A stretch of 64,000 bases of DNA from Longimicrobiales bacterium. GTDB lineage: Bacteria > Gemmatimonadota > Gemmatimonadetes > Longimicrobiales > Gaopeijiaceae. The position numbers were made by a program, and so were the translations under genes. The notes beneath the pieces were generated by a model. It was given only the letters and a program-made list of their open reading frames with translations, was not told the DNA's origin and did no database searches. The stretch is from the NCBI GenBank assembly GCA_965238005.1, contig OZ250165.1, forward strand, positions 640,001 through 704,000, written 5' to 3'. Shown here one piece after another: positions 35,470 through 45,908 of this stretch (positions are counted from its first letter, which is position 1; each line of letters opens with the position of its first letter).

Positions 35470-35666
35470 TCCAGGGGATCCAGATGTCCCGCAAGGGCGA
35501 GAACGGGGGATCGCGCGGTCCTCGTTGAACTTAGACGATGTCTTGCGGGGATATCACCCTATTTTCAGGGGCCTGATAAGCGTGAGGTCGGTAGTTCGAG
35601 TCTACCCAGGCCCATTGAACTTACGGGAATCTCGGGTCGGATTCCCGCTGTTGGATTCCCGCTGTT
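35470..35666 (-). mobile_element. Family A right-plus-left end junction (attP-like) containing the tRNA-Ile(GAU) 3' half at 35571-35614
   Basis: 14-bp tandem arm repeat, TAAGTTCAATG + 33 nt + TTATCAG + 39 nt + TAAGTT; plus strand reads CCTGATAAGCGTGAGGTCGGTAGTTCGAGTCTACCCAGGCCCA. Confidence 0.85.
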
Positions 35667-35671
35667 CGGGG

Positions 35672-36414
35672 TCAGGAACGGGCTCTGCAGCGGTGCTCGA
35701 GGGCGTTCTTGAGCTGCCCTTGGTTGACTTGCTGGTAGCACTGGAGGACCGTCTGTGCGGTCTTCCAGCCGCCGAGTTCGCATAGCACCTTCAGCGGTTG
35801 GCCCATGAGGTCCGAGGCAAACTTCCGCCTCAGGGAGTGCCAGCCGCGGCCACGCTTTGGTACCAGTCCTGCGAGCGCTACGGCCTTGTTCCACCAGTCG
35901 CGCGCCAGCGAACGGCTCACGCACTTCGACGGGTCCTTCGGCGCGGGCAGCATAGGTATGTCCCCGACTCCGGAGTTCCTCCTCTGCGCCAGTTCCAGAG
36001 CGGCGACCGCTTCTGCGGTTACCGGAGTCAGGTGCTCGTACCCTGTCTTCTCGTGCTCGCCACGCCATCGGATGACCTCACCCGCCACATCGACATCCAG
36101 CCATCGAAGCTGACGGATGGCGCCGATGCGGTGTCCTGTCTCGTGCGCGAGCACGAGAGCGACGTGAAATCGCCAATCGACCTCTCGCGATACCCGCAGC
36201 AGTCGGGCTCGGCGTGGCCTGCGGCGATTTCGTCCGCCTGCCGCTTTGCCCGCCTCCAGTCGCGATGCTTGAGCGACCTGCTCAGCCTACGCCCGTCGTC
36301 GCGCCACTCGATCTGGATCAGGCCGGTCTTGGGATCCGGGAAGACCCGTACCCGGTTCCGGCCCCGTTCGCCGGCGCTGTAGCCCCGGCGGTGTCGTTTC
36401 GTGCGTGCCATCAT
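35672..36414 (-). pseudogene. Family A tyrosine integrase with internal deletion near 36205
   Basis: N- and C-terminal parts match 39697-40860; central domain missing. Confidence 0.9.
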
Positions 36415-36797
36415 CAGGTTCCTCGCTCGATGACGGACTGCACGATCTGCGCGGTCGAAATCTCGCGCAGAGGAGCCTTCTCGGCCAGACGCGGGGTGGC
36501 CGCTCCGGTCTTCCGGGGGAGGTGGCTCAGGGCGATCCTGGGCGCGCCGGGCCGTCCGGCGTTCGGGATCTTGCCGTCGCGCACGAGGCGGCCGAGATGG
36601 TCCGCGGAGTAGCCACTCTCCCTGGCGGCGTCGGTCAGCGAGAGGGTGGTCTCGTCCCTCTCCCTGAGCGTGGCCTCGAGCTTTGCCGCGCACGCCTCGA
36701 GGGCCACGGCCGGTGTCTCGCCCCCGTATTGGCGGAGCGTCTTGGCCTGCGTCCGCCAGGCGCCGGGCAAGGTCTCGACGGAAGCGCGGCCGGTCAT
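36414..36797 (-). CDS. HTH excisionase-like protein
   Basis: LSLTDAARESGYSADHLGRLVRDGKIPN; paralog of 59753-60142. Confidence 0.75.
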   Translation of the reverse strand: MTGRASVETLPGAWRTQAKTLRQYGGETPAVALEACAAKLEATLRERDETTLSLTDAARESGYSADHLGRLVRDGKIPNAGRPGAPRIALSHLPRKTGAATPRLAEKAPLREISTAQIVQSVIERGT

Positions 36798-36843
36798 GGG
36801 CGTGCTTCCTCCCGAGCGTGAGCGGCCGACCGGATCTCCCCGT

Positions 36844-37158
36844 TCACTCCCACTCCCCCTCGGCGTCTCTACGAAGCGCGTCGCTGAGGCCCGGATCGCC
36901 CTCGCCACGCCGTACCGAGCGCTCGGCGAGATCGACGCGGCGTCCGAGATCGGCGAGTCCGGCGGCGCGAGCGACGGTGTAGATGGCGGACGCGACGGCT
37001 GCGAGCGCCAGCGCGGTGTGCAGGGCGATCGAGACACCGTGAGCGGCGAGGATCGTGGGCCAGAACGGCGCGAGGTACTCGAGCCGCGGACCGGCGAGGA
37101 GGACGACCGATCCGGCGATGGCGGCGCTGAGTCCCGCGCTGATCTTCCAAGGCTGCAT
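36844..37158 (-). CDS. Small membrane protein of family A element
   Basis: Paralog of 59432-59746. Confidence 0.75.
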   Translation of the reverse strand: MQPWKISAGLSAAIAGSVVLLAGPRLEYLAPFWPTILAAHGVSIALHTALALAAVASAIYTVARAAGLADLGRRVDLAERSVRRGEGDPGLSDALRRDAEGEWE

Positions 37159-37178
37159 GGTGGGCTTCTCCCAGGGAG

Positions 37179-39175
37179 TCAGAGCTCGAGCGCGGCCGAG
37201 TCGCGGTCGGCCGGGCCGCGGAGTGAGCTGCGATCGCTGCCCGGCCCGAGGAGTCGGAGGACCCGTCTCCCGGCCGCTCCGTTCGCGTGCATCCGGAACC
37301 CCGCAGCGGCCTTGGCCCGGATGGATCGGCCGTGGTAGTTGCCGGAGGCGACCTCGACGTTGACGCGGCCGGTGCGTCCGTCGGCGTCCACGTACTCGAT
37401 CTGCGCGTCCGGGTAGAGCACGCGTCCCCGGGCGTCGATGGGCAGGTGTAGTTCCTTGGCGGCGCGGTGCCGTTCGGCGTCGGCGGCCCTCCGGCCCTCC
37501 CGAACCCGCGCGGACTCGCTCCGGCGCGCGACGATGCTCTTGAGCTCGCCGTCGAGCCGCACGCGCCGGACGGTGGCGTCCCGCTCGAGCAAGCGGCGGC
37601 GTTCGCGGCCGCAGGCCCGGTAGATCGCGGTGTCGTGTGCGAGCCGGGCGTGCTGGAGGCGGGTGGCGGACCTGATGTGCTGCCCGGGGTCCAGCCCCTG
37701 CCCGGCCGCGGGGTCGCGGATGGCGGCCGCTCCCTTGCGGGTGAGGGTCCGGATCTTGAACGGGTTGCCCTTCGGCCCGGTGGCGGTGGTTTCCTTGGCG
37801 AGCCCCTCGCGGACCCAAGCGTTGACGGCCCGCCGGGTGGTGTAGGGATGGCCGCCGAAGCGAGCCTCGGCTAGGTCCCGGACCGAGACGGCGCCGTAGA
37901 TGCCCACATCGGCGAGCGCCGAAGCTTCGGGTCGGAACCGGCAGCGGCAGCTCGGGCCTTGCGGAGTGTTGCGGTGCGGGAGCGCGGGTGGCGGCCACCG
38001 ACGCCGGCTCCCGCTCGGCCTCGCGCTCGCGGCTCCGCGCCAGCACGAAGTCGGAGATCTTCTGCGCATCGGCCGCGGCGCGGCGGATCTCCCGGGGGTC
38101 CTCCTCGAGGGCGGCGACCCACCCCTCGACGTAGGCGGCGCCCCGGCTCGGGTCGTGGCCCACGCCCACCCGCTCGCCGGTCATCATTGCGCTGATCTCG
38201 GCCCGGAGCTCCTCCTTCGCATAGGCCGGCGATCCGAACCCTTCGCTCATCCCCAGGGTGAGCGTGGCGCGATTCATCCGCTCCGGGTGGCCGGTGCTGT
38301 GCCCCAGCTCGTGGAGGGCGGTCTGGTAGTAGTGGTTGGCCGAGGGGAACTGCACCCGTTCGGGGAGCACGATCTCGTCGCGGTTCAGGTTGTAGAACGC
38401 CCGGTCGCCAGCCACGTGACGGACGGGGACCCCGCTGTCCGCGAGCACCCTCTCGGCGTTCTGGTGGACCTTCCAGAGCGGCTCGGCAGTGGGCGCGGGC
38501 CGGGCCCGGAAGCCCATCGGCCTGCTCGGCGTTGAAGACGGTGTACTGCCGGACGAAGGGGGTGGGCAGGCGCTCGTAGCGGTAGACGCGCTTCCCTTCG
38601 TTGTCCGTGGCGGGACGCTCGCTCGCGTCGGTGACGGCGATCTTCCGGTGGTCCTGGAAGGAGAGGATGCGGGTGCCCCGCTCGCCCTTCCTGACCTGAC
38701 CGCCCCGGGCCTAGATCTGGCGGGCGAACGGGTACATGCAGGCGGTGGTCTTGCCGGTGCCGACGGCACCCACGATGAGGATGCCGGTGTAGAGCCCCTT
38801 CTCGGGGACGACGAGCCACGACGGCCCTTCGCTCTCTCGCGCCACGGTCGGATGATGCAGTTCGCCGATCACGAGCGAGGGCGCCTCGTCGCCGGGCGAG
38901 GTGGGCCAGGCGGGGAGCTTCCCGCGAGCGCCGCGCCGGGTACGCGGCTCGAGCCAAACCTTCGAGACCGAGAGGCAGACGCTGCCGGCGAGCAGCAAGG
39001 CGATGCCCGGCACCGCGTAGTACCAGACGTGGATCACCGTGTGTAGGCCCGGATCGTGGTAGGCGATCAGGTCCAGCACGGGGTTTCCGCCGATGCCCGG
39101 AAACGGCGCCAGGAACGCGCGGACCGTGGCCGCCGTCAGAGCGATCCCGATGATGACCAGCGTCCAGGGCCTCAT
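37179..39175 (-). pseudogene. Fused remnants of coupling protein (39175-38717), ArdC (38716-37925) and relaxase-like gene (37920-37179)
   Basis: Each part matches the intact copy at 54238-59410; deletion junctions near 38715 and 37920. Confidence 0.85.
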
Positions 39176-39696
39176 CGGTCCGACACCCTTCCCGGAGGGA
39201 CTGCTGGCTGGGAGCGACCCCGCAGCGGAGGGGACGATGGGGATGCCCATCGCCATCCTCCCCGATGCCGATCGAGGCATGCCGAGATGGGGGGTCGCTC
39301 CCAACCACGGCCAAGAGACACGGATCGGCAACGCCACCCCGCTGGCCGTGGCACAACCGCAAGCGCGCCAGCGACATGCGGAATCGGCGGCGTGCCCATC
39401 ACAGGCGCGATTTCGTGTCCGGTCACCCCCAAAGTGCCCCGGACACTCGCGGATCGGCATCGGCCGGGCGGTTTCTGGCCCCCAAGACCGACTCCCAGCC
39501 GTCCTTGGAAGCACCGCGCCCGAAACCTCCAGGTCCATGGATCCGAACTTGGGAATCGGAGTGCACCGGCCCGGGGGGTCAACCCCTCGGACCTGCGCGA
39601 ACGCCGCCCTTGAAGCCCGCTACTGGCCAGCAAGCCCCGCCGACGCGACGTTTCAAACGCGCAGATCGTGCAGTCCATCATCGAAAAAGGAATCGA

Positions 39697-40860
39697 ATGA
39701 TGGCACGCACGAGACGAGTCCGGCGCAGCTATGGCGCCGGCGAATGGGGCCGGAACCGGGTGAGGGTCTTCCCCGATCCCAAGACCGGCTTGTACCAGAT
39801 CGAGTGGCGAGAGAACGGGCGCAGGCTCACCCGGTCGCTGCAACACCGCGACTGGAGGCAGGCGAAGACGCAGGCGGACGAGTTCGCTGCCGGGTTCGCC
39901 GGGCCGGAGCTGAACGGCAAGAAGAACGCCGAGCCCGAGCCGCTCACGCTGGGCACGCTTTTTGACATCTACGGTGAAGAGGTGACGCCCACCAAGGCCG
40001 AGCAGACACGGCGGCGCGACAGGACCGCGACGAGGATGTTCCTCCAGTTCTTCGGACGGGACCGAGACCCGGCAACGCTCTCCCAGCGCGACTGGGACCG
40101 ATTCATCGGCGCGCGGCGCGCGGGAAGGATCGGCATCTCGGGCAAGCCCGTGTCCAACAGGACGATCGAGTGGGACCTGACGTTCCTGATGGCCGTGCTC
40201 AACTGGGCGGCGAGGTCGAAGGACGAAGGGGGCCGCCCGATGCTCGACAGGAATCCGCTGAAGGGCCTCAGGAAGCCCAGGGAGAAGAACCCCACCCGGG
40301 TCGTCCTCACCGAACAGGAGTACCAGGGGTTGTTGAGGGTGTCCCGGGAGGTGGACTGGCGGTTCCATGTCGCGCTCGTACTCGCGCATGAGACCGGGCA
40401 CCGCATCGGTGCCATCCGCAAGCTCCGGTGGTCCGATATCGACTTCGACGGCGAAGCGGTGCGGTGGCGGGCGAAGCACGAGAAGACGGGCTACGAGCAC
40501 ACCACGCCCGTGACCGACGAGGCGTTGGACGCTTTGGAGGAAGCGCGAGCGATGAGCGCCGGGACCGGGGACGGGCCGGTGCTGCCCGCCCCGACGGATG
40601 CCTCGCGGTGCGTGGGCCGGTCGCTGCCGAGCTTCTGGTGGCAGAGAGCCCAGACGCTCGCGGCGCTGGAACCGAAGCGGGGCCGAGGCTGGCACTCGCT
40701 GAGGCGGAAATTCGCGTCCGACCTCATGGACCAGCCCCTCAAGGTGCTGTGCGAACTCGGAGGCTGGAAGACGGCCAAGACTGTCCTCCAGTGCTATCAG
40801 AGAGCCGACGAGGGACAGCTGAGACAGGCGCTCGCGGACCGCCGGAGAGTTCGGGCCTGA
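39697..40860 (+). CDS. Family A tyrosine integrase, intact, 387 aa
   Basis: ETGHRIG (R), HEKTG (K), WHSLRR (HxxR), LGGW, QCYQ (Y). Confidence 0.92.
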   Translation: MMARTRRVRRSYGAGEWGRNRVRVFPDPKTGLYQIEWRENGRRLTRSLQHRDWRQAKTQADEFAAGFAGPELNGKKNAEPEPLTLGTLFDIYGEEVTPTKAEQTRRRDRTATRMFLQFFGRDRDPATLSQRDWDRFIGARRAGRIGISGKPVSNRTIEWDLTFLMAVLNWAARSKDEGGRPMLDRNPLKGLRKPREKNPTRVVLTEQEYQGLLRVSREVDWRFHVALVLAHETGHRIGAIRKLRWSDIDFDGEAVRWRAKHEKTGYEHTTPVTDEALDALEEARAMSAGTGDGPVLPAPTDASRCVGRSLPSFWWQRAQTLAALEPKRGRGWHSLRRKFASDLMDQPLKVLCELGGWKTAKTVLQCYQRADEGQLRQALADRRRVRA

Positions 40861-40952
40861 TCCCAATCAGCGGGAATCAATCGGCGGGAATCGCGCCAGC
40901 CGAATCCGTAAGTTCAATGATCACAACAAGATCTGCACGGGAATGTGCATGC

Positions 40953-41181
40953 TGGCCCAGCGGGCGATCTGGTTCAGGTTCGCCCCGATCCGCGCCAGCT
41001 CGCGGGTGCGCTCCCGCTCCACCTCGGCGTGCGCCACGGTCCACGGGCGCACCCGGCCCACCGACCGGCGCACCAGATCCGACAGCGTTAACCCTGCGGA
41101 GTGCGCCTTGGCGTGCCACTCGGCACGCTCCGCCCCGCTGGCGCGAATCTTCACCCACACGTCGCGTCCAGCGCCCCTCAT
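40953..41181 (-). pseudogene. mobC: mobC 5' half
   Basis: VKIRAS...LSDLVR...ELARIGANLNQIARWA, the MobC signature. Confidence 0.9.
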
Positions 41182-41222
41182 GTGCCGTTGCCGTTGGGGG
41201 GGTCAGAGGGGGCACAGCCCCC

Positions 41223-41275
41223 CGCCAGCCCCTGCCGGGGACCCGCGAAGCGTGGCCCCAAAGGGTAAGCTGGCT
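41223..41275 (+). promoter_or_regulatory. ColE1/MOBP5-type oriT, copy 3, upstream of mobC
   Basis: Position and orientation relative to mobC as in ColE1; nic-like GCTGGCT. Confidence 0.75.
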
Positions 41276-41876
41276 CTCCCACCTTAGCGGCGTCCGACAA
41301 GCCCGTCCGACGCAGCCGCGGACGCTCCGGATCAATGCGCCGCATCGGCCCCTTCGACGTGCTCACGCGCGCGCCCGATCCCCTCGAATGCTGGGCACGG
41401 TCTCCCCGGCGGCCAACTCCCACGCGATCAGCGTGCTGGCCGCGCCGCAACTGTTCGGGGTGCGCGTCCATGAACCGCGCCCACTGTGCGCGGGTTTACA
41501 CCCGGCAGTGGAGGCGGACCAGGACGATCCACCCGGTCCGGCGACCCGTCCAGCCGAGCGGTTCGAGCGCCTTATCGCGTCCGCGCGGGTGGGCGATGGC
41601 TCCGCTCGCCGCCGACTTCAACTCCTGCTCCAGCACATCCATGCCGGGAACGCTGAGGAGCCGCCCGCAAGGAAGTCAACCCTTGGGAAATGTCCCAATG
41701 TCTCAGGAAGTATTAGGACGGTTCAGAACGTATCCAATCCGTCGGACACCGCCGCCAGCGGCGTGTCCGAACGCCCCCGCCGGGACTCTCGTGGAACCCG
41801 CTTGGGGTTGCCATCCGGCTTGCGGAGGTCGGCCAAACTGGCCAAGACTTAGACTGCCACCAGCCGGAGGGATCGC

Positions 41877-42065
41877 ATGCAGACGCTGAGCGCGAAGGAC
41901 GCGAAGTACGGCTTCGGCCGACTCATCGACCTCGCCCGCGCGTCGCCCGTCACGGTGGCCAAGCATGGGCGCCCAGTTGTCGTGGTGCTCTCGGTAGAGG
42001 AATACGAGCGGCTGAAGGCGCTCGACACGCCTGAGACACGCCCGGAAAAGGAGGAAGGGGAGTGA
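41877..42065 (+). CDS. Phd/YefM-family antitoxin
   Basis: MQTLSAKDAKYGFGRLIDLARASPVTVAKHGRPVVVVLSVEEYERL. Confidence 0.9.
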   Translation: MQTLSAKDAKYGFGRLIDLARASPVTVAKHGRPVVVVLSVEEYERLKALDTPETRPEKEEGE

Positions 42066-42096
42066 CCTGGAACGGAACTGGAGGCCGCTGAGCCGG

Positions 42097-44454
42097 ATGG
42101 ACAAGCGAAGCCTGTCGGAGCGCGACATCTGTACGAAGTTCATCACGCCCGCCCTGCGCGGGGCCGGGTGGGACGAGATGTCGCAGCTTCGCGAGGAGGT
42201 GAGCTTCACCAAGGGCCGCATCATCGTGCGCGGCAAGCTGGTCACGCGCGGTAAGGCCAAGCGCGCCGACTACATCCTGTACTTCAAGCCGAACATCCCG
42301 ATCGCGGTGATCGAGGCGAAGGACAATTCTCACAGCGTCGGCGATGGCATGCAGAAGGCTCTGGATTACGCCGAGACGCTGAACATCCCCTTCGTGTTCT
42401 CTTCGAACGGCGACGGCTTCGTGTTCCACGACCGCACGGGGGCCAGTACGCCTCGTGAGGCAGACCTGCCGCTCGACGCTTTTCCGTCACCAGCCGATCT
42501 GTGGGGGCGCTATCGGACCTGGAAGGGCCTGACGCCGGAAGCCGAGGAGATCGTCCTTCAAGACTATTTCGATGACGGCAGCGGCAAGACGCCGCGCTAC
42601 TACCAGGCCAACGCCATCAACGCGGCGATCGAGGCCATCGCCAAGGGGCAGGACCGCATCCTGCTCGTCATGGCCACGGGCACGGGCAAGACGTACACCG
42701 CCTTCCAGATCATCTGGCGGCTGTGGAAGGCGCGGCGAAAGAAGCGCATCCTGTTCCTCGCCGACCGCAACGTGCTCGTCGATCAGACGATGGCGAACGA
42801 TTTCCGCCCCTTCGGCGGGACGATGACCAAGCTCTCTGGCAATATCGATCCCTCCTACGAGGTCTATCTCGGCCTCTATCAGGCGATCACCGGTCCGGAG
42901 GAACACCAGAAGGCCTACCGGAAGTTCTCGCCGGCGTTTTTCGATCTGATCGTGATCGACGAATGCCACCGGGGCAGTGCCGCCGACGATTCGGCGTGGC
43001 GCGAGATCCTCGAGTACTTCTCCTCCGCAACCCAGATCGGCCTCACCGCCACGCCGAAGGAGACGAAGTACGTCTCCAACATCGCCTACTTCGGAGAGCC
43101 GGTCTTCTCCTACTCCTTGAAGCAGGGCATCCGCGACGGCTTCCTCGCTCCCTACAAGGTGGTCAGGATCCATATCGACCGCGATGTCGAGGGCTACCGT
43201 CCGGAGAAGGGCCAGCTCGACCGCGACGGCGAGGAGGTTGAGGATCGCGTCTACAACGTCAAGGACTTCGACCGTACGCTGGTCATCGCCGAGCGGACGG
43301 CCCTGGTAGCGCGGAAGGTCACGGCGTTCCTGAAGGAGAGCGGCGATCGCTTTCAGAAGGCGATCATCTTTTGCGTCGATCAGGAGCACGCGGCGCGGAT
43401 GCGGCAGGCGCTGATCAACGAGAACGCTGATCTCGTTGACGCAAACTCGCGGTATGTCATGCGGATCACGGGCGGCGACGTGGAGGGGCAGGCCGAGCTC
43501 GGCAACTTCATCGACCCGGAATCGAAATACCCCGTCCTCGTCACCACGTCGCGTCTGCTGTCCACCGGCGTCGATGTGCAGACCTGCCAGTTGATAGTGC
43601 TCGAGCGAGCGGTGGGGTCGATGACCGAGTTCAAACAGATCGTCGGGCGCGGCACCCGCGTGCACGAGGACACCGGCAAGTTCTACTTCACGCTCATCGA
43701 CTTCCGGGGCGCTACTAGTCACTTCGCGGACCCGGAGTACGACGGCGAACCCGTGCAGGTCTACGAGCCGGGAGAAGGCGATCCGATCGACCCACCCGAT
43801 GTGGCGCCTACGGACGACGACGGGCTCGGCGACGACGAGATCGTTATCGATGGAGGGGATCCACCACTGCCCCCGGGGATGGGGCCACAGAAGAAGATCT
43901 ATATCGACGGCGTCGAGGTGGCCATCGTCGGCGAGCGGGTGACATACCTCGACGGCCACGGCAAGTTGGTGACCGAGTCGCTGCGCGACTTCACGAGGAA
44001 GGCCTTGCGCAGGCGCTTCGCGAGCCTTGACGACTTCCTGACCCGTTGGAACGCCGTGGAGCGCAAGCAGGCGATCATCGACGAGATGGCGGCCGAGGGC
44101 CTGCCGTTGACGGTGATCGTCCAAGAGTTGGGGAAGGATCTCGACCCCTTCGATCTCGTCTGTCACATCGCCTTCGACGCCAAGCCGCTGACCCGCCGCG
44201 AGAGGGCCGAGAACGTCAAGAAGCGGGACGTGTTCACGAAATACGGAGGTCAGGTCCGCGCCGTACTCGACGCGTTGCTCGACAAGTACGCCGACGAGGG
44301 CATACTCAATCTCGACGACGCCAACGTGCTTAGGATCCCGCCACTTGACAGCCTCGGCACTCCGGTAGAACTGGTCCGCGCCTTCGGTGGGAAGCCCGGC
44401 TTCGAGCGGGCCGTGCACGATCTTCAATCCGCTCTCTACAGGGATATCGCCTAA
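42097..44454 (+). CDS. hsdR: Type I restriction endonuclease subunit R (EcoAI/EcoEI-like)
   Basis: ADY...IEAK, MATGTGKT, IDECHRG, GLTATP, QIVGRGTR. Confidence 0.95.
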   Translation: MDKRSLSERDICTKFITPALRGAGWDEMSQLREEVSFTKGRIIVRGKLVTRGKAKRADYILYFKPNIPIAVIEAKDNSHSVGDGMQKALDYAETLNIPFVFSSNGDGFVFHDRTGASTPREADLPLDAFPSPADLWGRYRTWKGLTPEAEEIVLQDYFDDGSGKTPRYYQANAINAAIEAIAKGQDRILLVMATGTGKTYTAFQIIWRLWKARRKKRILFLADRNVLVDQTMANDFRPFGGTMTKLSGNIDPSYEVYLGLYQAITGPEEHQKAYRKFSPAFFDLIVIDECHRGSAADDSAWREILEYFSSATQIGLTATPKETKYVSNIAYFGEPVFSYSLKQGIRDGFLAPYKVVRIHIDRDVEGYRPEKGQLDRDGEEVEDRVYNVKDFDRTLVIAERTALVARKVTAFLKESGDRFQKAIIFCVDQEHAARMRQALINENADLVDANSRYVMRITGGDVEGQAELGNFIDPESKYPVLVTTSRLLSTGVDVQTCQLIVLERAVGSMTEFKQIVGRGTRVHEDTGKFYFTLIDFRGATSHFADPEYDGEPVQVYEPGEGDPIDPPDVAPTDDDGLGDDEIVIDGGDPPLPPGMGPQKKIYIDGVEVAIVGERVTYLDGHGKLVTESLRDFTRKALRRRFASLDDFLTRWNAVERKQAIIDEMAAEGLPLTVIVQELGKDLDPFDLVCHIAFDAKPLTRRERAENVKKRDVFTKYGGQVRAVLDALLDKYADEGILNLDDANVLRIPPLDSLGTPVELVRAFGGKPGFERAVHDLQSALYRDIA

Positions 44455-44456
44455 GA

Positions 44457-45908
44457 ATGGCCGTCAGCACCCTCGTCAAATCCATTCAGGACATCATGCG
44501 CCAAGACGTGGGCGTCGATGGCGATGCGCAGCGCATCAGCCAGCTGTGCTGGATGTTCTTCCTCAAGATCATCGACGACCAGGACCAGGAACTCGAGCTT
44601 CTGAAAGACGGCTACCGTTCGCCCGTCCCTGTCCATCTGCAATGGCGGAACTGGGCCGCCGACCCGGAAGGCATGACGGGCGAGGAGCTGCTCGACTTCG
44701 TTAACGGTGATCTCTTTCCGCAGTTGAAGGAACTCCCGCCCAGGGCCGGCCCTCGCGCAAACGTCGTGCGTGACGTGTTCGAGGATGCCTACAACTACAT
44801 GAAGTCCGGCCAGCTGATGCGGCAGGTCGTCAACAAAATCAACGGCATCGACTTCAACAACCTGGCTGAGCGCCGGCACTTCGGCGACATCTACGAGCAG
44901 ATCCTGAACGACCTGCAGTCGGCCGGCAATGCGGGCGAATACTACACGCCGCGCGCCGTGACCTCGTTCATGGCCCAGATGATCAACCCGAAACCGGGCG
45001 AGATGCTGCTCGATCCGGCTTGCGGCACCGGCGGCTTCCTTACCTGCGCCATCCGTCACATGCGCGAACGCTATGTGAAGCGGCCCGAAGACGAGGCAAC
45101 AATGCAGGCCTCCCTGCGTGCCGTGGAGAAGAAGCCGCTGCCCCACATGCTCGCCGTCACGAACATGCTCCTGCACGGCATCGAGGATCCGTCCTTCCTG
45201 CGCCACGACAACACGCTCGCGCGTCCCTACATCTCCTGGGGCCGGGACGAGCGCGTGGACATCGTGCTGACCAATCCGCCTTTCGGCGGCAAGGAGGAGG
45301 ACGGCATCGAGTCGAACTTCCCGAAGCACTTCCAGACGCGCGAGACGGCGGACCTGTTCCTCGCCCTGATCATCCGCCTTCTGAAACCCGGCGGCAGGGC
45401 CGCCGTGGTCCTGCCCGACGGCTCCCTGTTCGGCGAGGGTGTCAAGACCCGGCTCAAGGAGCACCTGATGAGGGAATGCAACCTCCACACCATCGTGCGC
45501 CTGCCGAACTCGGTGTTCCGTCCCTACGCCTCGATCGGGACGAACTTGTTGTTCTTCGAGAAGGGCGAATCGACCAAGGACATCTGGTTCTGGGAACATC
45601 TCGTGCCCGAAGGGCAGAAGGCCTACTCCATGACCCGGCCCATCCGGCTGGAGCATCTGGAAGACTGCGCCGCCTGGTGGGGCGGGACGGAACGCGCGGG
45701 CCGAGAGGTGGGTGATCGCGCCTGGAAGGTGAGCGTCGAGGAGATCAAGGCGCGCGGCTACAACCTCGACATCAAGAATCCCCACGCGGAGGAAGAGGAC
45801 TACGGCGATCCGGAGGCGCTTCTGGAGGAGCTGACAAGCGCCGAGGCTGAGGTGATATCGGTGCGAGACCAGTTGAAGGGCATCTTGACCGAGGCGCTGT
45901 TGCGGTGA
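44457..45908 (+). CDS. hsdM: Type I R-M methyltransferase subunit M
   Basis: GEYYTPR, DPACGTGGFL, TNPPF. Confidence 0.95.
   Translation: MAVSTLVKSIQDIMRQDVGVDGDAQRISQLCWMFFLKIIDDQDQELELLKDGYRSPVPVHLQWRNWAADPEGMTGEELLDFVNGDLFPQLKELPPRAGPRANVVRDVFEDAYNYMKSGQLMRQVVNKINGIDFNNLAERRHFGDIYEQILNDLQSAGNAGEYYTPRAVTSFMAQMINPKPGEMLLDPACGTGGFLTCAIRHMRERYVKRPEDEATMQASLRAVEKKPLPHMLAVTNMLLHGIEDPSFLRHDNTLARPYISWGRDERVDIVLTNPPFGGKEEDGIESNFPKHFQTRETADLFLALIIRLLKPGGRAAVVLPDGSLFGEGVKTRLKEHLMRECNLHTIVRLPNSVFRPYASIGTNLLFFEKGESTKDIWFWEHLVPEGQKAYSMTRPIRLEHLEDCAAWWGGTERAGREVGDRAWKVSVEEIKARGYNLDIKNPHAEEEDYGDPEALLEELTSAEAEVISVRDQLKGILTEALLR

Larger units (their letters stand above)
29072..40963 (+). mobile_element. 11.9-kb family A integrative element inserted in mobC
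   Basis: Direct repeat TGGCCCAGCGG at 29072-29082 and 40953-40963, family A left and right ends, integrase at the right end. Confidence 0.85.

Noticed and set aside
35571..35614. Functional tRNA-Ile genes here and at 12601-12651
   Set aside because: Only the anticodon arm onward is present; the D-arm and acceptor 5' strand are missing
42487..45785. Long antisense ORFs opposite hsdR/hsdM, also opposite the TonB receptor, coupling protein and ardC
   Set aside because: Shadow ORFs caused by high-GC codon bias; no recognisable motifs
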